Below are positions 44,751 to 54,098 of a stretch of DNA of 64,000 bases, piece by piece (position 1 is the stretch's first letter; the number at the start of each line of letters is the position of its first letter). The stretch spans positions 13,945 through 77,944 of the forward strand of contig DCWA01000011.1 of the NCBI GenBank assembly GCA_002327445.1. Reading direction: 5' to 3'. The notes beneath the pieces are model-generated. The model was not told the origin of the DNA and made no database searches. It saw only the letters and a program-made list of their open reading frames with translations. Source of the DNA: Desulfobacteraceae bacterium UBA2174. Its GTDB lineage: Bacteria > Desulfobacterota > Desulfobacteria > Desulfobacterales > UBA2174. A program made the translations under genes and the position numbers.

Positions 44751-44813
44751 CATTCGATGTTCGATGTTCAATGTTCGATGTTCGATGTTCGATGTTCAAT
44801 GTTCAATGTTCAT
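44751..44813. repeat. Inverted array of eight RATGTTC heptads (reverse complement of the GAACATY arrays)
   Basis: The sequence is cattc gatgttc gatgttc aatgttc gatgttc gatgttc gatgttc aatgttc aatgttc at. Both ends (ATGAAC... / ...CATCGAATG) match the forward arrays. Confidence 0.9.
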
Positions 44814-45280
44814 TTTTCCAGTCGATACCGGGCAAAAACAACTTGGCGCTTATTGTGGCCAGCCCCGCGGAAGCAAAAGCGGGCGGCGCGAGGCCAAGTT
44901 GCGGGGGCGTACAGCGCCCACCCCAAACGGTGGTACTGCCACCGGACAACCGCAGGCGGGAATCCTCCAGGGCGATACCGCGACCAATGATACAGGCATC
45001 CGTTTTCAGTTTCAACTCGCCGCGGCTTCCGGCCAAATCCATCCGTATATCAATCTCCTCTGGCACTCCCAGCCGTTTTCCTTGCCGTCGGCCGAGCAAT
45101 TTGCTAACCTGTACCGCTAAATTTGGTTGATCGTGATTCCAGCTATCCTGGCATCGTGAAGTGGAAGAGGACCATCGCCGAATCATCGTAGGAGCGGCGC
45201 CCTCGCCGCGATGAACCAACTTTTTTTGTATCGGCTCCGATTGTGGCCGTCGATTCCAATATTTTTCCGAGAGCATAACA

Positions 45281-46480
45281 ATGACCGTCCATGCGTTGAT
45301 CCTTGCGGAGACCCCCATCCGGTTGTGGAGCCTTTCCAGCCGCCAGCGTCTCGAGCGTATCCTGAAAAGAATGAATATCACCAGTGTGATCGATGACCTC
45401 GCATCCGTCTCCAGTGAAGATTCGGTCCTGCTCCTGCGAGGCGATTACCTCTATGATGAGCGTGTCATCGGGAACCTGGTCCGGAAACCCGGAACCGTTC
45501 TCCGGACTGCCACGGAAGCGGGGAGCAGGCCCGTCGCCGCCCACGTGGCGGTGGCCGATGCTCTCCTGGTTCGCGATGTGCTGGAGGGGAAGCCCGGCAG
45601 CGCGTTGCCTCCGTCCCTTTCATTCGAGACCCCTCAGACCCTTGCGCCGACATACATGGAGCAGTTGCACAAGATCGACCCTCCCTATCTTCTGCCCATT
45701 GCCGATGGGAACAGGGAAACTCTGGAACGACGCCTGTTTTCCGGGTCGTACAAGGGCGTTACCGATCTGGTCACAAAATGGCTCTGGCCCGGGCCGGCGC
45801 GGGTGGTGACCCGCTTCTGCGCCGACAGAGGCATTACCCCCAATATGGTAACCTCCCTGAGCCTGGTTCTGGTCATCATCGCCGGTTTCCTCTTCTACCA
45901 TGGCCACTTCGCTCTCGGCCTGGCAGCCGCCTGGGCGATGACCTTCCTTGATACCGTCGACGGCAAGCTTGCGCGGGTCACCGTCAATTCCAGCCGTTTC
46001 GGGCACATTTTCGACCATGCCATCGATCTGATCTCGCCCCCCTTGTGGTACCTTGTCTGGGGTCTCGGATTGACAAGCTGGGATCCGGGAATGCCTCTTT
46101 CCCTGGTGGACGCCTTCTGGGCGATCTTCATCGGCTACATTGCCGGCCGCATGGTTGAAGTTATCTTCAAGAAATACCTGGAGCCTTCGGGGATTTTCTG
46201 CTGGCGGCCCATCGATTCCTATTTCCGCCTGATAACGGGGCGGCGCAACCCCAACCTGATCCTTCTCACCCTGGGGCTCATTGCCGGACGGCCAGACCCG
46301 GGGCTGGTGGCGGTTGCCTTGTGGACGGTCATTTCCAGCATGTTCCTGGTAGTGCGGCTGGCAACCGGTTTTGCCTTCCGGATCGCCAAGGGCCCTCTGA
46401 GGTCCTGGTTTCTTGACATCGACCCCGACGAAAAAAATCCGACTCTTGCCCAACGATGCTTTTCGAACAACCGCCTGTAA
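45281..46480 (+). CDS. CDP-alcohol phosphotransferase with a ~150-aa N-terminal extension
   Basis: 399 aa. It carries the complete family motif DTVDGKLARVTVNSSRFGHIFDHAIDLISP (D-x2-DG-x2-AR-x8-G-x3-D-x3-D) and multiple TMs. The N-terminal MTVHALILAETPIRLW...LLLRGDYLYDERVI looks like a decayed nucleotidyltransferase fold lacking the G-x-G-x-R loop. Confidence 0.85.
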   Translation: MTVHALILAETPIRLWSLSSRQRLERILKRMNITSVIDDLASVSSEDSVLLLRGDYLYDERVIGNLVRKPGTVLRTATEAGSRPVAAHVAVADALLVRDVLEGKPGSALPPSLSFETPQTLAPTYMEQLHKIDPPYLLPIADGNRETLERRLFSGSYKGVTDLVTKWLWPGPARVVTRFCADRGITPNMVTSLSLVLVIIAGFLFYHGHFALGLAAAWAMTFLDTVDGKLARVTVNSSRFGHIFDHAIDLISPPLWYLVWGLGLTSWDPGMPLSLVDAFWAIFIGYIAGRMVEVIFKKYLEPSGIFCWRPIDSYFRLITGRRNPNLILLTLGLIAGRPDPGLVAVALWTVISSMFLVVRLATGFAFRIAKGPLRSWFLDIDPDEKNPTLAQRCFSNNRL

Positions 46481-46618
46481 ACGGGGAAATCCACGGACAG
46501 CCAGGCCCCCCGGACCATGCCCGGTGCCATGACCATCGGCATGGTCACGAACCCCGGAGCTGAAGTAAGAGGTCGGCCCGGTTTCTGAGAATCTGAGCCG
46601 GCGAGGCCAAGGTTCCCC

Positions 46619-47566
46619 ATGAAGAACGACGCGAACGTAAAGAAAATCATTCAGCATTGGAACACGCGCGCGCTCCCGCCGGAGATCACTGCGTTGTCCG
46701 ATGCCGCCAGGCGACGGCACGACGGGGTGGCCGCCGTGCTTTTCTATGGCTCCTGCCTGCGTAGCGGCCGCGTGGATGAAGGGATGGCCGATCTTTACCT
46801 GTTGGTCGACGATTATAAGGTGGCGTTTCATTCGCGATTGCAGGCATGGATGAATCGCCTGCTGCCGCCGAACGTCTTTTACCTGGAGCTTCCCCATGGG
46901 GAGCGAACCCTGCGGGCCAAGTACGCCGTTCTGACCCTCGACGATTTTGCCAAAGGAACCGCCACGTGGTTTCATTCCTATATCTGGGGGCGTTTTGCCC
47001 AGCCTTCCGCCCTGGTTTACGCCCGCGACGCGGAAGCCTTCGGGCAGGTTCAGGATTCCTTGGCTCGTGCTCTTTATACCTTTGTGGATCGCGCCCTGCC
47101 CCAGGTTCCGGAAATCTTCACGCCCCGCGAACTTTGGGGTATCGGGCTGAGCCTGAGCTATCGCTGCGAGCTCCGGTCGGAAAAACCGGGCACCGCGGTT
47201 CGCCTCTATGACGCCGCTCCGGACTATTATGAAGCAGTTACCATTGAAGCTTTGAAAGCCCGGGGGCTTGCCGCGGAACCCGTTGCCGGCCGGGCCCCCG
47301 GCACTTATCGGACCTTGATTTCCCGGAGGGAAAAATATCTCAACCGTCTTGGCTGGCACCTGCGCAAGGTGCAGGGCAAGGTGCTCTCCGCCCTGAGACT
47401 CCTCAAAGCTCCCCTTACCTTCGACAACGGTCTGGATTACATCCTCTGGAAAATCGAGCGGCACTCCGGCATCCACGTTGAGCCCGGTCCCTCCTTGCGC
47501 CGTTTTCCCGCATCGGCGGTATGCGTCACTTTCTGGAGACTGTTCAGGAAAGGGGGGTTCCGGTAA
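46619..47566 (+). CDS. Tam41/Mmp37-like nucleotidyltransferase (mitochondrial-type CDP-diacylglycerol synthase family)
   Basis: 315 aa. By eye it parallels yeast Tam41 blocks. LFYGSCLRSG matches FGYGSGVFEQ, DLYLLVDD matches IDIILGV, LRAKYAVLTLDDFAKGTATWFHSYIWGRFAQPSALV matches VKYGVVSMETLLKDIATWNTFYLAGRLQKPVKIL, and LSLSYRCELRSE matches ALSYAGDIRYKL. Confidence 0.65.
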   Translation: MKNDANVKKIIQHWNTRALPPEITALSDAARRRHDGVAAVLFYGSCLRSGRVDEGMADLYLLVDDYKVAFHSRLQAWMNRLLPPNVFYLELPHGERTLRAKYAVLTLDDFAKGTATWFHSYIWGRFAQPSALVYARDAEAFGQVQDSLARALYTFVDRALPQVPEIFTPRELWGIGLSLSYRCELRSEKPGTAVRLYDAAPDYYEAVTIEALKARGLAAEPVAGRAPGTYRTLISRREKYLNRLGWHLRKVQGKVLSALRLLKAPLTFDNGLDYILWKIERHSGIHVEPGPSLRRFPASAVCVTFWRLFRKGGFR

Positions 47567-47582
47567 AGCCGTTCTTCGCGGC

Positions 47583-48775
47583 GCCATCGGATTCGAAAAG
47601 ACAAAGGCGAAAAATTTTGGTAATTACCGTGGACGGCCGGGTTGTTCCGGTTGCGGTCGCAAAAGGCCCGGTTATGACGTTTTGCCGCAGCGACGCTTCG
47701 AGTTTGTACCCTATGGGGCATCGCCGTGTTCTTTGTGTACGCCATGCGCCGGGTCAACTGCCCGGGTTGCGGGATAAAGGTTGAGCAAGTGCCCCGGGCA
47801 CAAGGCAAAAACCATCTGACCACCACCTACAGTTGGTTTTTGGCCAGGTGGGCCAGGCTTCTTTGCTGGAAGCAGGTGTCCGAAGTTTTCAATACCAGTT
47901 GGGACAACGTTTGGCGTTCGGTCAAAATGGCCGTGGCTTGGGGTCTTGAGCAGCGGGATTTTGAAACCGTTACGGCCATCGGCATCGACGAGATCTCCAG
48001 AAAGCGAGGCCATAAGTACGTGACGCTGGTCTACCAGATCGATGCGGGTTGTCGGCGGTTGCTGTGGGTTGGCAAGGAGCGCACGGCAAAAACCCTGCGA
48101 CAGTTTTTCACCGAGTTCGGCCCGCAGCGCACGGCCCGCCTTTGCTTTATCTGCAGCGACATGTGGAAGCCGTACCTGCGCATCATTGCTCAAGAAGCCG
48201 GCCATGCGCTCAATATCCTGGATCGCTTCCATATTATGACTCATGTGAACAAAGCGATTGACAAAATCCGCGCCAATGAGGCCAGAGCCCTGAAGGCTGA
48301 CGGACAAGAGCCGATCTTGACCGGCAGCCGCTGGTGCCTGCTCAAACGCCCCGAGAACCTGACAACCAATCAAACCGTAAAACTCAAGGAGCTGCTGGGT
48401 TTGAATCTGAAAACCGTCCGGGCCTACCTGCTCAAGGAAGACCTGCAACGTTTTTGGAACTACCAGACAGCCGGTTGGGCTGGCCGCTTTCTGGATCAAT
48501 GGTGCCAGCGGACCATGCGCTCGCGCTTGGAGCCGATGAAAAAGGTGGCCTTGATGCTTCGCTCCCATCGACCGCTTCTGCTCAACTGGTTCAAGGTCAG
48601 GGGGCGCCTCGCCCCGGGCGCAGTTGAGGGCTTTAACAACAAGGCGAAACTCACATCGAGAAAAGCCTACGGCTATCGTAGCTTCGATGTACTGAAAATC
48701 TCCTTATATCATACACTTGGTGATCTCCCAAAACCGAAGTTCACCCACAAATTCTGCTGACGAGCCTCAAGATGA
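47583..48775 (+). mobile_element. Degenerate ISL3-family insertion sequence (ends not confidently defined)
   Basis: The transposase coding signal starts at about 47583 (frame 3, ...RPGCSGCGRKRPGYDVLPQRRFEFVP) and runs to the stop at 48760. The right end ...cccacaaattctgctgacgagcc resembles ISL3 IRs that overlap the transposase C-terminus. Only a weak left-end match was seen (gcgaaaaattttggtaattaccgtgg, about 47606). Confidence 0.6.
47726..48760 (+). pseudogene. ISL3-family transposase, main frame (N-terminal zinc-ribbon part displaced to another frame)
   Basis: 344 aa. FFVYAMRRVNCPGCGIKVEQVP...IGIDEISRKRGHKYVTLVYQID...FICSDMWKPYLRII...LDRFHIMTHVNKAIDKIR...VEGFNNKAKLTSRKAYGYRS is the ISL3 DDE pattern. 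Upstream LWGIA continues in this frame, but RRFEFVP is in frame 3. The break is at the CCC run 47709-47711. Confidence 0.85.
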
Positions 48776-48952
48776 TGCTGATTTGTTATTGTGATTTTTT
48801 GACCAATGGCCCATTTTACAAAGAGATCACTCGTGGGACTTTGGCCGGAAAATCCGTTAGCCCCGACCCATAGCCGCGACCATCACGGTTCTGAAACTCG
48901 AAAACGATGGAGGGATGCATTGAGCTCAACGGTCAAAAAATAGGGTACCGGC

Positions 48953-49995
48953 GTGTTGGTTCTTGGTGCGGCGGCAGTTCTGATTCTGTTTCTTTGGCGT
49001 CATTTCGCCGGTGACGAACTGGATGGGCGTATCGCCAGCGCCAACGGCCGGATTGAAGCGGTCGAGATCGATATCGCGGCCAAGACCGCGGGCCGGGTCA
49101 AGGAGATCCTGGTGGACGAAGGCGACTTCATCCGTGCCGGGCAGGTTCTGGCGCGAATGGACACGGCTGTGCTGGAGGCGCAACAAAGAGAGGCGGAGGC
49201 CCGCCTGCGACAGGCGGAGAACGCGGTGCAGACCGCCAACAGCTTGGTCGTGCAGCGCCAATGGGAGAAAAAAGCCGCGCAGGCGGTGGTTGAGCAACGC
49301 CTGGCCGAGGTCGAGGTGACCAGAAAACGGCTGGAGCGTTCCCAAGTGCTGGCGCCTCGCAATGCGGTTTCACAGCAGAAATTGGAAGACGACCGCGCCT
49401 CTTTTCTCAGCGCAAAGGCCATGCTCCGTGCCGCCGAGGTCGATGTAGCAAGGGCGGATGTGGCAATTGCCACGGCAAAATCCCGGGTGCAGGAGGCTCA
49501 ATCGGATGTCAGTGCCTACACGGCGATGCTTGAAAGAATCCAGGTGGAGCTTGACGACAACGTGTTGACCTCGCCGCGCGACGGCCGCGTCCAGTACCGC
49601 ACCGCCCGGCCCGGCGAGGTGCTCTCCCCCGGCGGCGTGGTGCTGAACATGGTCGATCTTTCCGATGTCTACATGACCTTCTTCCTGCCCACGGCACAGG
49701 CCGGGCGGGTCACGCTGGGCACCGAGGTCCGTCTGGTGCTGGATGCCGCCCCCCCCAATACGTGGTCCCGGCCGAAGTCTCCTTCGTCGCCGACGTGGCC
49801 CAGTTCACGCCCAAGACGGTGGAGACGGCCGAGGAGCGGCGGAAGCTGATGTTCCGCATCAAGGCGCGGATCGACCCGGGCCTGCTCAGGCAGCACCTCC
49901 ACCAGGTCAAGACCGGTCTGCCGGGCATGGCCCATGTGCGGCTCGACCCGCGGGTGGATTGGCCGCCTGAACTGCAAACGAGGCTGCCGCAATGA
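48953..49995 (+). pseudogene. HlyD-family membrane fusion protein (YhiI/YbhG-like) with a -1 frameshift at a C8 run
   Basis: Frame 2 (track ORF 48953..49849) reads ...GRIEAVEIDIAAKTAGRVKEILVDEGDFIRAGQVLARMD...coiled coil...[10 protein letters not shown]. The protein continues in frame 1 (track ORF 49762..49995) as [37 protein letters not shown].... The break is at CCCCCCCC 49749-49756. GTG start, with an in-frame TAG 12 nt upstream. Confidence 0.8.
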
Positions 49996-52787
49996 CCGGC
50001 GATCTGCATGCCGAGATCGAGAATGGCGGCGGCCCGGCGGCGGTTGCGCGCCTGCGGGATGTGTCCCTGCGCTATGGCAAGGTGCGCGCGCTCGAGGCCG
50101 TCGATCTGGATATCCCGGCCGGGTGCCTTGCGGGGCTGATCGGCCCGGATGGCGTCGGCAAGTCGAGCCTGCTGGCGCTGGTCGCCGGCGCCCGCAAAAT
50201 TCAAGAAGGGACGGTCGAAGTGCTCGGCGGCGACATGCGCAATGCCCGGTATCGCCGTGCGGCTTGTCCGTGCATCGCCTACATGCCGCAGGGGCTGGGC
50301 CGCAACCTCTACCCGACGCTTTCGGTCTTCGAGAACCTCGATTTTTTCGGCCGCCTGTTCGGCCACGACGGCGGCGAGCGGAGGCGGCGCATCGCGTCTC
50401 TGACCGAGGCCACGGGGCTGGCGCAATTCATCGACCGGCCCGCCGGCAAGCTCTCCGGCGGCATGAAACAGAAGCTCGGCCTGTGCTGCGCGCTGATCCA
50501 CGACCCGGACCTCTTGATCCTCGACGAGCCCACCACCGGCGTCGATCCCCTCTCGCGGCGGCAGTTCTGGGAGCTGATCGCCGGCATCCGCCGCACCCGG
50601 CCCGGCATGAGCGTGCTGGTGGCCACCGCCTACATGGAGGAGGCGGCGCGCTTCGACTGGCTGGCGGCGATGGACGGCGGGCGGGTGCTGGCCACGGACA
50701 CCCCGGAAGGGCTGAAACGGCAGACCGGCACCACCTCGCTGGATGCGGCCTTCATCGCCTTGTTGCCGGAGGAAAAGGGCCGGGCCCATCGCCCGGTGGA
50801 GATCCCGCCCCGCACGGCCGACGACGAGACCGTGATCGAGGCGCAGGATCTGACCATGCGCTTCGGCGATTTCACCGCCGTCGACCATGTCTCCTTCCGC
50901 CTCCGCCGCGGCGAGATCTTCGGCTTCGTCGGCTCCAACGGCTGCGGCAAGACGACGACCATGAAGATGCTCACCGGCCTGCTGTCGCCGAGTGAAGGCC
51001 GCGCCTGGCTGTTCGGCCAGGAAGTGGACCCGCACGACCTGGCGACGCGCCGCCGCGTCGGCTACATGTCGCAGTCCTTCTCACTGTATACCGAGCTGAC
51101 CGTGCGCCAGAACCTGGCGCTGCACGCCCGACTCTTTCAGGTGCCCGCCGCCGAGATTCCGGAACGGGTCGAGGAAATGATCGACCGTTTCGATCTCGCC
51201 GCGGTGATCGACACCCTGCCGGACAAGCTGCCCCTCGGCGTGCGCCAGCGCCTGTCGCTGGCCGTCGCCATGATCCACCAGCCGCAGATGCTGATCCTGG
51301 ACGAGCCCACCTCCGGCGTGGACCCCGTGGCGCGCGACGCCTTCTGGCGCATCCTGGGAGAGCTCTCCCGCCGTGACGGTGTCACCATCTTCCTCTCCAC
51401 CCACTTCATGAACGAGGCCGAGCGCTGTGACCGCCTCTCGCTGATGCACGCCGGCCGGGTGCTTGTCACCGGCGCGCCGGCCGATATCGTGCAAAAGCAG
51501 GGTGGAGAGAGCCTCGAAGAGGCCTTCATCCGCTACCTCGAGGACGCCGCCGGCGAAGGGGCCGCCGCACCGGACGGCGCTGATGATAGCCCGGTAACCG
51601 CCGGCATGGCGAGCGGGGGCGCGTGCGGCGACGATGGCGGGTCGGGTGGCGCACGCCGGTGGTTCGATCCCCGCCGCATGGCGAGCTACGCCCGTCTCGA
51701 AGCGCTGGAGCTGCGCCGCGACCCGATCCGCCTGATCCTGGCGCTGGTCGGCAGCGCCCTGCTGATGTTCGTGATGGGCTACGGCATCAGCCTCGATGTG
51801 GAGGATCTGACCTTCGCGGTCCTGGACCGCGACCAGACCACCGTCAGCCGCGACTACACGCTCAACATCGCCGGTTCCCGCTACTTCATCGAGCAGCCAC
51901 CGATCACCGATTATGAGGACATGGATCGGCGCATGCGCCGCGGCGAGCTTGGTCTTGCGATCGAAATCCCGCCGGGCTTCGCGCGCGACCTCGCCCGGGG
52001 CCGGCCGGTGGAGATCGGCGTCTGGATCGACGGCGCCATGCCGACGCGCGCGGAGACGATCCGCGGCTATGTGCAGGGCATGCACGCCCACTGGCTCGCG
52101 ACCCGGGCGCGGGAAGCCGGGCAGGCGCGCGCCTTGGCCGGGCTCGGCGACATAGAAACCCGCTTCCGCTACAACCCCGACCTCGAGAGCCTGGTCGCCA
52201 TGGTGCCGGCCGTCATCCCGCTGCTGCTCATGCTGATCCCGGCCATGCTGGCGACGCTCAGCGTGGTGCGGGAGAAGGAGCTGGGCTCGATCACCAACTT
52301 CTACGTCACGCCCACCACGCGGCTTGAGTTCCTGCTCGGCAAACAGTCGCCCTATGTAGTGCTGTCATTCCTGAGCTTCCTGCTGCTCACGCTGCTTGCG
52401 GTGACGATTTTCGGCGTGCCGCTGGAGGGCGATTTCCTGACCCTGGCGGCCGGCGCCCTGCTCTATGTCGGCGCCGCCACCGCGCTGGGGCTCTTGATCT
52501 CCACCTTCATGCGCAGCCAGATCGCGGCACTTTTCGGCACGGCGGTGCTCACCATCCTGCCGGCGGCGAACTTCTCCGGCATGATCGACCCGGTTTCCTC
52601 GCTGGAAGGGGCGGGCCGGCTGATCGGCGAGATCTATCCGACCACGCATTTCCTGACCATCGCCCGCGGCACCTTTTCGAAAGCGCTGCATTTCTCCGAT
52701 CTGCTGGCCGCCTTCGTCCCGCTGGCGCTGGCCGTGCCCGTCCTGATCGGGCTCGCCGCCGCGCTGCTGCGCAAGCAGGAGACCTGA
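49992..52787 (+). CDS. RbbA/YhiH-like fused ABC protein: two ATPase domains + ABC-2 permease domain
   Basis: 931 aa. NBD1 has [10 protein letters not shown] / [15 protein letters not shown] / [14 protein letters not shown]2 has [10 protein letters not shown] / [15 protein letters not shown] / [13 protein letters not shown]-terminal ABC-2-type TMD follows. ATGA overlap with the HlyD gene. Confidence 0.85.
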   Translation: MTGDLHAEIENGGGPAAVARLRDVSLRYGKVRALEAVDLDIPAGCLAGLIGPDGVGKSSLLALVAGARKIQEGTVEVLGGDMRNARYRRAACPCIAYMPQGLGRNLYPTLSVFENLDFFGRLFGHDGGERRRRIASLTEATGLAQFIDRPAGKLSGGMKQKLGLCCALIHDPDLLILDEPTTGVDPLSRRQFWELIAGIRRTRPGMSVLVATAYMEEAARFDWLAAMDGGRVLATDTPEGLKRQTGTTSLDAAFIALLPEEKGRAHRPVEIPPRTADDETVIEAQDLTMRFGDFTAVDHVSFRLRRGEIFGFVGSNGCGKTTTMKMLTGLLSPSEGRAWLFGQEVDPHDLATRRRVGYMSQSFSLYTELTVRQNLALHARLFQVPAAEIPERVEEMIDRFDLAAVIDTLPDKLPLGVRQRLSLAVAMIHQPQMLILDEPTSGVDPVARDAFWRILGELSRRDGVTIFLSTHFMNEAERCDRLSLMHAGRVLVTGAPADIVQKQGGESLEEAFIRYLEDAAGEGAAAPDGADDSPVTAGMASGGACGDDGGSGGARRWFDPRRMASYARLEALELRRDPIRLILALVGSALLMFVMGYGISLDVEDLTFAVLDRDQTTVSRDYTLNIAGSRYFIEQPPITDYEDMDRRMRRGELGLAIEIPPGFARDLARGRPVEIGVWIDGAMPTRAETIRGYVQGMHAHWLATRAREAGQARALAGLGDIETRFRYNPDLESLVAMVPAVIPLLLMLIPAMLATLSVVREKELGSITNFYVTPTTRLEFLLGKQSPYVVLSFLSFLLLTLLAVTIFGVPLEGDFLTLAAGALLYVGAATALGLLISTFMRSQIAALFGTAVLTILPAANFSGMIDPVSSLEGAGRLIGEIYPTTHFLTIARGTFSKALHFSDLLAAFVPLALAVPVLIGLAAALLRKQET

Positions 52788-52791
52788 AGCC

Positions 52792-53913
52792 ATGCGCGCG
52801 GACAACGTCCTGCATCTCGGCATCAAGGAGCTGCGCAGCCTCGCCCGTGACCCGATCATGCTGGTGCTGATCGTCTACGCCTTCAGCTTTTCCATCTACA
52901 CGCGGGCGACGGCGATGCCGGAAACCCTCAACCAGGCGCCGATCGCGGTGGTCAACGAGGACCGCTCGCCGCTGTCCTGGCGCATCGTCAGCGCCTTCTA
53001 TCCGCCCTACTTCCTGCCGCCAAAACTGATCACCCAGGCCGAAATGGACGCCCGCATGGACGCCGGCCTCGATACCTTCGCCCTCGACATCCCGCCCGGC
53101 TTCCAGCGCGACCTCCTGCGCGGACGCCGGCCGGCGATCCAGCTCAACGTGGACGCCACCCGCATGAGCCAGGCCTTCACCGGCAGCGGTTACATCCGGA
53201 CCATCGTCGAGGGCGAGGTGCGCGGCTTCGTGCAGCGCTACCGCGACGTCGCCGAGCCCGCGGTCGGCCTCGCGCTGCGGGCTCGGTTCAATCCGCTGCT
53301 CGACAAGTCCTGGTTCGGCGCCGTCATGTCGGTCATCGACCACATCACCATGCTCGCCATCGTGCTGACCGGCGCGGCGCTGATCCGCGAGCGCGAGCAC
53401 GGCACGGTCGAGCATCTTTTGGTCATGCCGGTCACGCCCTTCGAGATCATGAGCGGCAAGGTCTGGTCCATGGGCCTGGTGGTGCTCGCCGCGTCCGCCT
53501 TTTCGCTCCTTTTCGTGGTGCAGGGGCTGCTGTCCGTCCCGATCGAAGGCTCGCTCGCGCTGTTTTTGGCCGGGACGGCCTTGCATCTGTTCGCCACCAC
53601 GTCCATGGGCATCTATCTTGCGACCCTGGCCCGCTCCATGCCGCAGTTCGCCCTTCTGCTCATGCTGGTGCTGCTGCCGCTGCAGATGCTCTCCGGCGCC
53701 AGCACGCCGCGCGAGAGCATGCCGGAGGCCGTCCAATACATCATGCTCGCCGCGCCCAACACCCATTTCGTGATGCTCGCCCAGGCCATCCTCTACCGTG
53801 GCGCGGGGCTTGCCGCCGTGTGGCCGCAGTTCCTCGCCATCGCCGCCATCGGCACCGCCCTGTTCGGTCTGGCGCTGGCGCGCTTCCGACGCACCATCGG
53901 CACCATGGCCTGA
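52792..53913 (+). CDS. ABC-2-type transporter permease (YhhJ-like)
   Basis: 373 aa. MRADNVLHLGIKELRSLARDPIMLVLIVYAFSF..., a large periplasmic loop, then 5 C-terminal TMs. Starts 4 nt after the RbbA-like stop. Confidence 0.85.
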   Translation: MRADNVLHLGIKELRSLARDPIMLVLIVYAFSFSIYTRATAMPETLNQAPIAVVNEDRSPLSWRIVSAFYPPYFLPPKLITQAEMDARMDAGLDTFALDIPPGFQRDLLRGRRPAIQLNVDATRMSQAFTGSGYIRTIVEGEVRGFVQRYRDVAEPAVGLALRARFNPLLDKSWFGAVMSVIDHITMLAIVLTGAALIREREHGTVEHLLVMPVTPFEIMSGKVWSMGLVVLAASAFSLLFVVQGLLSVPIEGSLALFLAGTALHLFATTSMGIYLATLARSMPQFALLLMLVLLPLQMLSGASTPRESMPEAVQYIMLAAPNTHFVMLAQAILYRGAGLAAVWPQFLAIAAIGTALFGLALARFRRTIGTMA

Positions 53914-54029
53914 GCGTGCAGATGAGATGGGAACAAGTCCGCTGGACGAGGGCCGGGACATCTCCCCCAACATGCTGGATGCCCTGGAGCCTGACGGCCC
54001 CTGTTTCAGAACAAGCCCTCAAAAAATTG

Positions 54030-54058
54030 TTGACAGCTCTTACTTTCGCACATATCCA
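54030..54058 (+). promoter_or_regulatory. Candidate sigma70 promoter of the TetR-RND operon
   Basis: TTGACA (54030-54035), a 17-nt spacer, then TATCCA (54053-58). It is followed by the near-palindrome TGAGTGCTCA (54061-54070). Confidence 0.4.
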
Positions 54059-54098
54059 AGTGAGTGCTCAATCAAAAAAAACTAGGGGGACTTCATTG

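Noticed and set aside
44348-44813. Heptad and 83-bp repeats considered as a CRISPR array
   Set aside because: The units are contiguous with no unique spacers. The periods (7 and 83 nt) and the inverted organisation do not fit CRISPR, and there are no cas genes in the window.
47700-47730. Programmed -1 ribosomal frameshift in the ISL3 transposase
   Set aside because: As far as I know, ISL3 elements encode a single-frame transposase. There is no slippery A6G/A7 heptamer. The break has the same one-base-missing-in-a-run signature as three unrelated genes.
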